A DNA stretch of 64,000 nt from Blastocatellia bacterium (GTDB taxonomy: Bacteria > Acidobacteriota > Blastocatellia > UBA7656). The stretch is from contig CAVXWP010000016.1 of NCBI GenBank assembly GCA_963765495.1, forward strand, positions 256,001 through 320,000, read 5' to 3'. This document shows, piece by piece, positions 17,096 to 25,774 of this stretch. Position 1 is the first letter of the stretch. Each line of letters opens with the position of its first letter. Under the pieces are notes generated by a model. It had not been told where the DNA came from, did not search any database, and saw nothing but the letters and a program-made list of their open reading frames with translations. The translations under genes were made by a program, and so were the position numbers.

Positions 17096-18571
17096 ATGCC
17101 ACATAATTTTATAAACCTGGCGGTCCTGGAGGAGATCAGAGAAGCGGGAGATTATGATAAGCTCGCCGCCGAGTTGTCTGATGATTGGCGCGATATGCCT
17201 GATTTCGAAGATCGCGCTATAAGGTTACGTATGCTTGCCGCAGAGATAGCCGGACGCTCCAGCCGCCTCGATGAAATGGAAGAAGCACTCGCTCCTTACC
17301 TGAACAACGTCAATAGAGTGCCTTTCGGGCTGGCTGCTCGCGTGTTGTTGATGCTTGCGCTTTATCATTATCGTAGAACCGAGCCGAGTGAGGCATTGAA
17401 ACTCGCCATCCAGGCAAGAGACATCGCCTCCGTGCGCGAGGATGAGTTCGTTATGGCCGAGGCGGTACAGTTGGAGGGACAGTCTCTCTGGTCTTTGGAA
17501 AGATGGGACGAGGCGGCCAGATCATTTGAGAAAGCGATCTCCGTTTATGGTTCTCAATGTCGCCCTTACAGGCTTGGGCTGGCTTACACATGCCTCGGCG
17601 GCGTATTGAATCGAATGGGCAATGTAGAAGAAGGCCGCATCTCGCTCGAACGCGGCATCAAGATATTGCTCAAGTGCCCGGATGATTACAATCTCGCCGT
17701 GGCAAGAGTCAATGTGGCGCAGGCGCTCAATATTATCGGCGAACACGAAACGGCGCTGAAGTATCTGCTCTTTGCCCACGAGGCATTTGACCACATAGGT
17801 CATAGTCAGTACCAATACCTGACGCTCAACAGTATCGCCGCCACTCTGGTTTCTCTTAAAGAATACGACCGGGCCGAAGAGTATGTAACTCGCGCGCTGG
17901 AAAAGGGGGTCGTAGCGCGCAGCACGCAAATAGCTTCCAATTACGAGATAAAAGCCAGGCTCTGTCTGGCACGTCGCGAATGGGACAGGGCAGAGAGGGC
18001 GCTGCTTGTGGCGCTCGAAATTGCCGATCAGGCTAACAGCCTGTCGCAGAAGGCCGAGGCCCGGCGAACCCTCGGCAGGCTCTACGTAGCGCAGGATCGC
18101 CAGGAGCAGGCGGCTCGCGCCTTGTGGCAGGCACTCGATATTGCTCAGGACCTTCGCGCATCGCTTCTTGAGCTTGAGGTCAAGGCGCTGCTCGCTCAGG
18201 CGCTGTGTATGGCAAACCCCGTCGAGGCGTGCAGACTGCTCTCGGATGTTGAAACCTCGCTTGGCGAGCGCCCGTTGCCGGATTTGAGGAAGGACGCCCA
18301 CGCCGCGCGCAAATGCATCAACTCGCTCGATCAAGAGCACTTCTTCATACTTTCCGATGCCGGGATTCCACTGCTTGCAGAGGCCAAAGTCGGATTGCTC
18401 AAATGGCTCTGGTCGCGGGCGCTCTACAAAGCAAGGGGAAACGCGCGCGATGCGGCTACAATACTCGGCGTCACCCCAACCTATATTCGCAAACTGACAA
18501 AAGTCATTCCGCGCGATCTATTGCGACCGGGGAGAAAACGGCCAAAGAAGAGAAAGGCGCAAGCGCAGTGA
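17096..18571 (+). CDS. TPR-repeat protein with C-terminal Fis-type HTH (putative regulator)
   Basis: Many MalT-like TPRs; C-terminal EAKVGLLKWLWSRALYKARGNARDAATILGVTPTYIRKL resembles HTH_8; basic tail. Confidence 0.82.
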   Translation: MPHNFINLAVLEEIREAGDYDKLAAELSDDWRDMPDFEDRAIRLRMLAAEIAGRSSRLDEMEEALAPYLNNVNRVPFGLAARVLLMLALYHYRRTEPSEALKLAIQARDIASVREDEFVMAEAVQLEGQSLWSLERWDEAARSFEKAISVYGSQCRPYRLGLAYTCLGGVLNRMGNVEEGRISLERGIKILLKCPDDYNLAVARVNVAQALNIIGEHETALKYLLFAHEAFDHIGHSQYQYLTLNSIAATLVSLKEYDRAEEYVTRALEKGVVARSTQIASNYEIKARLCLARREWDRAERALLVALEIADQANSLSQKAEARRTLGRLYVAQDRQEQAARALWQALDIAQDLRASLLELEVKALLAQALCMANPVEACRLLSDVETSLGERPLPDLRKDAHAARKCINSLDQEHFFILSDAGIPLLAEAKVGLLKWLWSRALYKARGNARDAATILGVTPTYIRKLTKVIPRDLLRPGRKRPKKRKAQAQ

Positions 18572-18708
18572 TCACGTGATGCGTGATTGGTGATGCGTAA
18601 TTCGTGATTAAGCAGGCTTACAAATAGTCTTTTTACAGACAGACTCTCCAAAAGTCACGCATCACCAATCACTCATTACCAATTACTCATTACCAATTAC
18701 TCATCACG
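18568..18708. repeat. GTGATGC/ATCACGC palindromic element, copy 2, with additional CATTACCAATTACT tandem units
   Basis: Same arm units as 3451-3553; located between convergent genes. Confidence 0.75.
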
Positions 18709-18714
18709 CAGGAT

Positions 18715-19875
18715 TTAGACGCCCCCGGAAATCCACAGAGGATCGGTTTGAGCGGCGAGGTCTTTCTTTATCGCTTGAAAACATCGGGCAAATTCGCGGC
18801 CTTCTTCACTGGTGAGCGCGGGCGTACCCTCTGCCACTCTATCCGATTCGATAACGCCTTCGAGTTTGAGCGCATGTTTTATGCACGCGATGGTCTTATC
18901 GACCGGACGCCCTGCTGATTTGAAAACGCAGGCGGCGCTGAACCGGTCAAAGGCCCGTTTGTAAATTGCCATCAATCGGTCGTCGCCTGCGAAACAGGCG
19001 CGCCAGGCACGCTGCCACTCTCGCGGCAAAACATTTGCCGGCCCCGACACCACGCCTACGGGCAACTCGTTGTGCAGCAGATAACGATTCCAGTATTCGC
19101 GCACGCGGCCCGCCAATCCTTCTTCAAGCCTGAAGACCTGAAACATCAACATGGCGTTGCCTATGTAAACACCAAACCCTTCTCTGGTTTTGTAATGCAG
19201 CGCGCCTCTTGTGTAATTGCCCAGAACGCGGCGAGAGGCGCTGACCTTAAGCCCGTAGATAAACGGCAGACGACTGAGCCTTTTTACTTCGCGGGTACGA
19301 ATATGAGACCTGCGCGGGTCGGCGGCTATATCGGCATTGTCATATAAAAAGAGCGGAATCCACCCGCCCCTGCGATCAAACAGATCGCTCACCTCGCGTT
19401 GAAAGAAAGAGACTATATCGCCAAGATCGCCGATAGAGAGCGGCGCTACGACGGCCGCATCCGCTCCGGCTTCAATCGCGCATTCCAGATTTGCGAGCGT
19501 CTCGCTTCTGGTCGAGGCTGTCACGCCCGTCCAGGCTTCGAGGGGCCGTTGGCCGCATCCGGCAAGCTCTTGATTTATGCGCGCGATCTCGTCCGCTTCG
19601 ATCTCTATAAGCCGCTGTCGCTCGCCGTTCGAGATGCGGTTCCACTCGCCGGTTGTGCCTATGCCGAATATTATGTCAGCGCCCGAGGACTGCTGCGCGT
19701 TGTAGCGAAAAACGCGGCGCTGCTCGTCTTCAACCACGCGCCCTGCGCCGTCAAGCACCGTGATTGATGGAATGCTCAGACCGCTTCGCACGCGATAGCT
19801 CCAGCCAGCCCTCGGCGAGGCGTCAGGCTCTTTATCCGGCTTTTCGGCGTCGATCTGTTTATAGACGGATTCCAT
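18715..19875 (-). CDS. Dihydrodipicolinate synthase (DHDPS/NAL)-family protein
   Basis: IFGIGTTGEW, AGADAAVVAP, LFLYDN, and GLKVS (Schiff-base Lys) motifs. Confidence 0.82.
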   Translation of the reverse strand: MESVYKQIDAEKPDKEPDASPRAGWSYRVRSGLSIPSITVLDGAGRVVEDEQRRVFRYNAQQSSGADIIFGIGTTGEWNRISNGERQRLIEIEADEIARINQELAGCGQRPLEAWTGVTASTRSETLANLECAIEAGADAAVVAPLSIGDLGDIVSFFQREVSDLFDRRGGWIPLFLYDNADIAADPRRSHIRTREVKRLSRLPFIYGLKVSASRRVLGNYTRGALHYKTREGFGVYIGNAMLMFQVFRLEEGLAGRVREYWNRYLLHNELPVGVVSGPANVLPREWQRAWRACFAGDDRLMAIYKRAFDRFSAACVFKSAGRPVDKTIACIKHALKLEGVIESDRVAEGTPALTSEEGREFARCFQAIKKDLAAQTDPLWISGGV

Positions 19876-19904
19876 CGCTTCGGGCCCGGTCAGATTCGCT
19901 CAAG

Positions 19905-20282
19905 TCAGATTCGCTCAAGATCGGCGACTGTTCTTTCGTTTTGCGTATTGCCTGTGTTCAGCGTGCTCCTGGGTTCGAGCAACAAAACATGCGCTTCTTC
20001 TTCGGCCACAGGCAGATGTTCGACGCCTCTGGGGATGATGACGAACTCGCCTTCTTCCAGATTTATGTCACGGTCGCGCAACTTGATTTGCAACCTGCCT
20101 TTCACGACCAGAAAAAGCTCGTCTTCCTGCTCGTGATGATGCCAGACGAATTCGCCTTTGAGCTTTACAAGCTTGACGAGCGAATCGTTTATTTCGCCTG
20201 CTATCTTCGGACTCCAGTAATCCTGAAACAGACCGAGTTTTTCAGAGAGATTCACTTTTTCAATCGTCTGTCTTTCCATCAT
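19905..20282 (-). CDS. Cupin domain protein
   Basis: YWSPKIAGEIN, KGEFVWHHHEQEDELF, IPRGVEHLP. Start at MMERQ; the upstream ORF extension crosses a repeat. Confidence 0.9.
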   Translation of the reverse strand: MMERQTIEKVNLSEKLGLFQDYWSPKIAGEINDSLVKLVKLKGEFVWHHHEQEDELFLVVKGRLQIKLRDRDINLEEGEFVIIPRGVEHLPVAEEEAHVLLLEPRSTLNTGNTQNERTVADLERI

Positions 20283-20560
20283 CGAACCGCCTTGAATGAT
20301 TATCTTTATCGGAGCGTAGGTGGAGCGCGGCTCGATTGTCAAGGCACCGCCCCCTGAGATTTGAGATTTGAGATTCGAGATTCGAGATCTCATATGAGTG
20401 GGTGGGAATGAGAGTAACCTATGGCTTGCGTTGATTGCCTCCGAGCCGTTGTGTATAGTTTTTCTAAGGCAGCATTTGAGGACGCTTACCCGCTGCGTCT
20501 GTGGCTTCACGTAAGACCACCTGGGAAATCATAAATAATCCTGATTGAGGAACCTGTGTC

Positions 20561-22447
20561 ATGGAAAAACCTGCGAAAATAAATCAAAGCATAATTCAAT
20601 CTCTGGAAGCGATGGGCAACAAACTGCGCATAGACTCGATCCTTGCCACGTCCGAGGCCGGGTCGGGACATCCCACTTCCTGTATGTCGGCAGCCGATCT
20701 GGTTGCCGCGATATTTTTTTACGCGATGCGCTACGATGTGGCCAATCCTAAGAACCCCGTCAATGACCGCTTTGTGTTATCAAAGGGGCATGCCGCGCCT
20801 TTGCTTTACGCCGCGTGGGCCGAAGGCGGCGCGTTTGCGGTAGACTTGCTCAAGACCTTGCGCGAATTCGGGAGCGACCTCGAAGGGCATCCGACGCCTC
20901 GACTGCCATGGGTCGAAGTCGCAACCGGCTCGCTTGGTCAGGGGCTTTCCTACGGGCTTGGCATGGCTATCAACAGCAAATATCTCGACGAGATTGATAA
21001 CCGCATATTCGTTTTAATGGGCGACGGCGAGGCGGCCGAAGGTTCGGTCTGGGAAGCCGCAGAGCTTGCCGCTTACTATAAACTCAATAACCTCACAGCC
21101 CTGGTCGACGTTAACGGTCTGGGCCAGAGCCAGCGCACAATGTACGGCCACGACACAGAAGTTTATCGCCGTCGCTTTGAGGCGTTTGGCTGGCACGCCT
21201 TAGCGATAGACGGTCACGACTGCCTACAGATCGTCAACGCGCTCGATGAAGTGATGGCCGTAAAAGACAGACCTTCGGTCATCGTGGCCGCTACAAAAAA
21301 AGGGAAGGGCGTTTCGTTTGTCGAAGACAAGAACGGCTGGCACGGTAAGGCATTCAAGAAGGGTGAAGAGATGGAGCGCGCGATTGCCGAGCTTGAAGGC
21401 GTGGCGCAAAATACCGGCGGGCTGAAAATCTCGCCGCCCGAAGATCGAAGCAGTCGGGCCGAAACGAATCCCGAGACCGCTACAAAAAAGGAGAACTTCA
21501 AAAGCGAATACAAAGAAGGGCAGGAGGTCGCTACACGCCAGGTCTACGGCGAGGCGCTTGCCCGGCTCGGGGACGAAAACCCGCTCGTCGTGGCCGTTGA
21601 CGGCGATACGAAGAATTCGACTTACTCGATAAAATTCATGGAGGCGCACGAAGGCCGCTTCTTCGAATGTTTCATCGCCGAGCAGAACATGATAGGCACA
21701 GCCGTGGGGCTTGCCGCGATGGGCAAGATTCCTTTTGCCTCGACCTTTGCCTGTTTCCTCACCCGCGCATACGATCAAATCCGAATGGCTGCCGTCTCGC
21801 AATCGAATTTAAAACTTTGCGGCTCGCACTCGGGCGTTTCGATAGGCGAAGACGGCCCCTCGCAAATGGGGCTTGAAGACCTTGCGATGATGCGCGCCAT
21901 CATAGGCTCGTCGGTCATCTATCCGAGCGATGCCGTATCGGCAGAACACGCCGTCAGGCTTGCAGCCGCTCATCGCGGAATCGTCTATATTCGAACGAGC
22001 CGCCCAAAGACGCCCGTGATCTATTCGGGCGATGAGGAATTCAAACTGGGGCAGGCAAAGATAATCAGACAAAGCGAAGGCGATAAGATAACCATAGTCG
22101 GAGCGGGCATCACTTTGTTTGAAGCGCTTGCGGCATACGAGGAGCTTAAGTCCGAAGGAATACCTGTCAGAATCATAGACATTTTTTCAGTAAAGCCGAT
22201 AGACGAAGATACGCTTCGCGAGGCCGGGAGCGAGACCGACAACCTGATACTTACTGTCGAAGATCATTCATCGGAAGGCGGGATAGGCGACGCCGTGGCA
22301 AGCGCCGTAGCTCCTGCCGGTATTCGCGTCCACAAGCTTGCGGTCTCGGAGGTGCCCCGGTCGGGCAAACCCGAAGAGTTGCTTGCCGCCTACGGCATTG
22401 ATCGTAAGGCGATTATCGATAAGGTGAAATCCTTGCTCGAAAAATAA
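20561..22447 (+). CDS. tkt: Transketolase
   Basis: SGHPTSCMS, DRFVLSKGHAAP, GSLGQG, GDGE...EGSVWEA (TPP motif), FIAEQNM, GEDGPSQM. Confidence 0.96.
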   Translation: MEKPAKINQSIIQSLEAMGNKLRIDSILATSEAGSGHPTSCMSAADLVAAIFFYAMRYDVANPKNPVNDRFVLSKGHAAPLLYAAWAEGGAFAVDLLKTLREFGSDLEGHPTPRLPWVEVATGSLGQGLSYGLGMAINSKYLDEIDNRIFVLMGDGEAAEGSVWEAAELAAYYKLNNLTALVDVNGLGQSQRTMYGHDTEVYRRRFEAFGWHALAIDGHDCLQIVNALDEVMAVKDRPSVIVAATKKGKGVSFVEDKNGWHGKAFKKGEEMERAIAELEGVAQNTGGLKISPPEDRSSRAETNPETATKKENFKSEYKEGQEVATRQVYGEALARLGDENPLVVAVDGDTKNSTYSIKFMEAHEGRFFECFIAEQNMIGTAVGLAAMGKIPFASTFACFLTRAYDQIRMAAVSQSNLKLCGSHSGVSIGEDGPSQMGLEDLAMMRAIIGSSVIYPSDAVSAEHAVRLAAAHRGIVYIRTSRPKTPVIYSGDEEFKLGQAKIIRQSEGDKITIVGAGITLFEALAAYEELKSEGIPVRIIDIFSVKPIDEDTLREAGSETDNLILTVEDHSSEGGIGDAVASAVAPAGIRVHKLAVSEVPRSGKPEELLAAYGIDRKAIIDKVKSLLEK

Positions 22448-22451
22448 AGAC

Positions 22452-22530
22452 TTTAACAGGATTGACAGGATTCAGGAGGATTTAGAAAAATCATGTTGAA
22501 TCGCCTTGAATCCTGTTAATCCTGTCAAAA
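22452..22530. repeat. ACAGGATT/AATCCTGT palindromic element, copy 1 (may act as terminator)
   Basis: TTAACAGGATTGACAGGATT ... AATCCTGTTAATCCTGTCAAAAAA; a related element lies at 33362-33492. Confidence 0.75.
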
Positions 22531-22673
22531 AAGATCTGAGGTCATGCTCTTGTGCACATATCTCCGCTTCGGGTGATTTCGGATTGCCGATTTTGGCTCG
22601 CTGGTATAAATTGTTGGCGCACACGGCTGTGACGAATTGAGCTTACATTCCTAAACAAGGCGGCAACAAATGA

Positions 22674-23729
22674 ATGGTGAAAAAGTGGTCGGCCAAGATC
22701 GACACACTACTTGAGCCTCTATTGTTGGAGGCCAGTGACGAAGAGGCTGACAAGCTCCTCTTAAGCCTGATCACCCTCCATGCCGATCCTGTGATCAAGG
22801 GCATCATTCGCTATAAACTCCATCTCAGTTCTCATCACGCGGACGGGCGATCTGAGACTGATGACGTTTATCAGGATGTGTTGCTGCAATTACTGGCGGA
22901 ATTGCAGCAACTTCGCAAACAGCCCGACGAGCATCCGATTACTGATGTGCGAGGGATGGCGGCCGTCATCGCGCATCGGACCTGTTCCCGCTGGATGCGC
23001 CGCCAATTTCCAGAACGGCACGCGCTCAAAAACCGACTTCAATACCTGCTGACGCGGCAGGCGGGTTTCGCGCTCTGGCAGGACGAGGAGAGAAAACTCG
23101 TGGCTGGTTTTGCCGTGTGGCAGGGACAAAAGAAAGCTGTGTCAGCGGCGCGACCCGGTCAACTGTCAGATGACGAGGGGTTGCGGGCACACATACGAAT
23201 GCTCAAAAGCGGCAGACAGCAAGAGTTGGGCGACGCCCTGGCCGCGATTTTCAATCACCTCGGCAGCCCCGTTGAATTCGATGAACTGGTGAGCGCCCTG
23301 GCCGCGCTGCTGGGAATAAGAGATCAGCCTATTGAATCGATCTCTGAGGACGAAGACGCCGTTGCGTTTCAAACCGCTGCCGGAGGGCCAGACCCGGCAT
23401 GGCAGGTCGAAAAACGAATCTTTTTGCAAAGGCTTTGGGAAGAGTTGCAACAGCTTCCTTCAAACCAGCGCGCGGCGCTGTTGCTTAACCTGAAAGACGC
23501 TGAGGGGCGCGGTTGTATTGCACTGTTCCCCGCGACGGGGATCGCGACTCTGCGCCAACTGGCAGACGCGCTCGAGATGAACGCGGAGAGTTTTGCCCAG
23601 TTGTGGAATGATTTACCGATTGAGGACGCGAGAATAGCTGAACTGCTGGGGCTGACCAGACAGCAGGTGATCAACGCGCGTAAATCGGGGCGTGAACGGT
23701 TGACGCGTCGTTTGAAAGGGTTTATTTAA
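22674..23729 (+). CDS. Atypical ECF-type sigma-70 factor with large internal insertion
   Basis: Region-2-like DDVYQDVLLQLL; region-4-like LWEELQQLPSNQRAALLL...IAELLGLTRQQVINARKSGRERL; immediately upstream of a zinc-finger anti-sigma. Confidence 0.8.
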   Translation: MVKKWSAKIDTLLEPLLLEASDEEADKLLLSLITLHADPVIKGIIRYKLHLSSHHADGRSETDDVYQDVLLQLLAELQQLRKQPDEHPITDVRGMAAVIAHRTCSRWMRRQFPERHALKNRLQYLLTRQAGFALWQDEERKLVAGFAVWQGQKKAVSAARPGQLSDDEGLRAHIRMLKSGRQQELGDALAAIFNHLGSPVEFDELVSALAALLGIRDQPIESISEDEDAVAFQTAAGGPDPAWQVEKRIFLQRLWEELQQLPSNQRAALLLNLKDAEGRGCIALFPATGIATLRQLADALEMNAESFAQLWNDLPIEDARIAELLGLTRQQVINARKSGRERLTRRLKGFI

Positions 23730-23739
23730 ACGTCGGTGC

Positions 23740-23765
23740 TAATAATCGGTGTCTTTCGTCAACTT
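23740..23765 (+). promoter_or_regulatory. Bipartite motif TAATA-N12-CGTCAACTT (candidate ECF promoter), copy 1
   Basis: Same spacing and sequence recur at 25358-25383 and 31656-31681. Confidence 0.5.
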
Positions 23766-23815
23766 ATTCATGTGAATAGAAAGCCGGAATCCGGCCTGAG
23801 GGGATTATAAGAGAC

Positions 23816-25108
23816 TTGAGCGAACACTTGACTCAAAAACAGATTGAGGATTACTGTCGGCAACATCTGCGCGCTGCCGAACTGTTAGCGGTATCCGATC
23901 ATCTGGGCGAATGTGAAACGTGCCGGTTGGGGACCGAATGTGCTATGAACGGCGACGCAGTATTCCTCGCCTTGCGATCCGAAGTCTTTGGTGAGGCAAC
24001 AGCAATCTCTTCCTCGCACCTCGTGCGGTCACATCTAACCGCAGAACAGACGGCTGATTATGTTGATAGAAACCTGTCGGGCGAGGAGTTGCAACTTGTC
24101 ACCGATCATTTGACCCGTTGCGAGCAGTGCGCCCTGGCCGTTGATGACCTGAACGAATTCAGAAATCAGATCGCGCCCGCACTCGAGCGCGAATATCATC
24201 CGGCCTATGCTCCACCTCCAACCGAAGGCTGGTGGCACCGAACGGTCGGTTTTCTACCCGTTCTCTTCCGCAGGTCTCCGGGACTGGCCTTTGGCGCGGT
24301 GCTGACTCTCTTTTTGCTGATGATGACCGTCTGGTGGATTTCGCGTACGCCGCAAGCAAGAGAGCCGGAACAGGAGGTAGTCATTACACCCGCGCCCTCG
24401 CCGCAACCCGCACCCGCACCAGTGCCCGTGGTCGCGCAACTCAAGGACGGTGAAGGGCAGTTGGCGCTGGATCAGGAAGGCAAGCTTTCGGGTGCCGGCG
24501 ACCTGCCGCCAGCTTACCAGAGCAAGCTGAAGGAAGCGCTCGCCTCAGGGCGGATCGAAAGATCATCACAACTCAATGGACTCACGCGACCGCCGAGTTC
24601 GCTGATGAGTACGGACAAACAGAGCAACGAATTTTCCGTGATCGAGCCCGCCGGAACTGTGCTGATGACCAATCGCCCGACTTTTCGCTGGTCGCCGATG
24701 GAGGGGGCAACAGGCTACGTCGTTGAAGTTTACGACAACAAGTTCAACCTTGTGGAGACCAGCCCGCAACTCACCGGCAATTCGTGGGCAGTGTCGGCGC
24801 TCGCGCGCGGCAAGGTCTATACGTGGCAGGTAAAAGCTATTAAGGACGGTCAGGAATTCACATCACCACGCCCGCCAGCGCCGCAGGCGAAATTCCGCAT
24901 ACTCGATCAGGCGAAGGCGAATGAACTGGCGAAAGCGAAGCGAGCTTACCCGTCATCTCATCTGACGCTGGGGCTGCTGTACGCCGAAGCCGGGTTACTC
25001 AAGGAGGCCGAAGAGGAACTGCGCGCATTGCAAAAAGCAAACCCCGATTCGGAGATTGCTCGCAGTCTGCTCGGACAGGTTCAGGCGTTACGACGCCGAA
25101 GCGAATGA
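23816..25108 (+). CDS. Membrane anti-sigma factor with two zf-HC2 (ZAS) domains and extracytoplasmic Ig-like/TPR region
   Basis: HLGECETC and HLTRCEQC (HxxxCxxC); TM GLAFGAVLTLFLLMMTVWWI; Pro-rich linker; PTFRWSP...YTWQVKA; terminal TPR-like helix. Confidence 0.85.
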   Translation: MSEHLTQKQIEDYCRQHLRAAELLAVSDHLGECETCRLGTECAMNGDAVFLALRSEVFGEATAISSSHLVRSHLTAEQTADYVDRNLSGEELQLVTDHLTRCEQCALAVDDLNEFRNQIAPALEREYHPAYAPPPTEGWWHRTVGFLPVLFRRSPGLAFGAVLTLFLLMMTVWWISRTPQAREPEQEVVITPAPSPQPAPAPVPVVAQLKDGEGQLALDQEGKLSGAGDLPPAYQSKLKEALASGRIERSSQLNGLTRPPSSLMSTDKQSNEFSVIEPAGTVLMTNRPTFRWSPMEGATGYVVEVYDNKFNLVETSPQLTGNSWAVSALARGKVYTWQVKAIKDGQEFTSPRPPAPQAKFRILDQAKANELAKAKRAYPSSHLTLGLLYAEAGLLKEAEEELRALQKANPDSEIARSLLGQVQALRRRSE

Positions 25109-25227
25109 TCGGCAAGTATCAGAAAACTGCGAACAGGTGAGAGCCGCAAACCGTCTCATCTTCCATCACCCACCCGCACCAATCCCGCCCATTAAACCGA
25201 ATGTCAGGGTTCAACATTTCTTTATCA

Positions 25228-25320
25228 TTCGAGCCCGGACGGGAGGGATGAGGCTCAAGCTCAAAGCCAGTAACACAGCGATACGCGGGACGCGAACGAC
25301 ATAAAACATATCTCCTTCCA
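25228..25320 (-). pseudogene. Frameshifted remnant of a TPR-CHAT gene 5' end (signal peptide + RBS)
   Basis: GATGAGGCTCAAGCTCAAAGCCAG and its flanks match 31436-31510. Translation MSFASRVSL.. versus MSSLSRVSF.. of the intact gene, with a 1-nt deletion. Confidence 0.7.
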
Positions 25321-25357
25321 TTTACACCACACACGCCAAGAAATTTCGAGCGGGCGG

Positions 25358-25383
25358 TAATATCCCGGAAAGTTCGGCAACTT
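25358..25383 (+). promoter_or_regulatory. Bipartite motif TAATA-N12-CGGCAACTT, copy 2
   Basis: Upstream of the FG-GAP gene. Confidence 0.45.
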
Positions 25384-25774
25384 CTCATCCTTCGGTGTTT
25401 GAAAACGGTGGAGTAAATTCCCGTCTAAGGGCCGTGGCCCGCGTCGGGGTTTATTCCGCTCCGCTGAAATTGCAAGGCTTGAAAATTTCGAGCGGACGGT
25501 AATAGGGGGGAACGATAGACTGACAAACGACCTCTCGATCAATTCCTCGTCGTCAGGTTGCAAGACCTGAGATCCAACCTTTGGAGATGATTACCCACCG
25601 AATTGTTTGTGATCAGGTAAACGCAAGCCAAGAAAGAAATCGAAATCAGCCCACGGATTCGGCAACGGGTTGAAGCTGCCACTGCGCCAGATGTGAGGCG
25701 TCCGTCTGTCGGCAGTCTAAACAAATCCATGCTCGCAGGCGGACGCGGGCACAACAGAATAGAAGGAGAGTATT

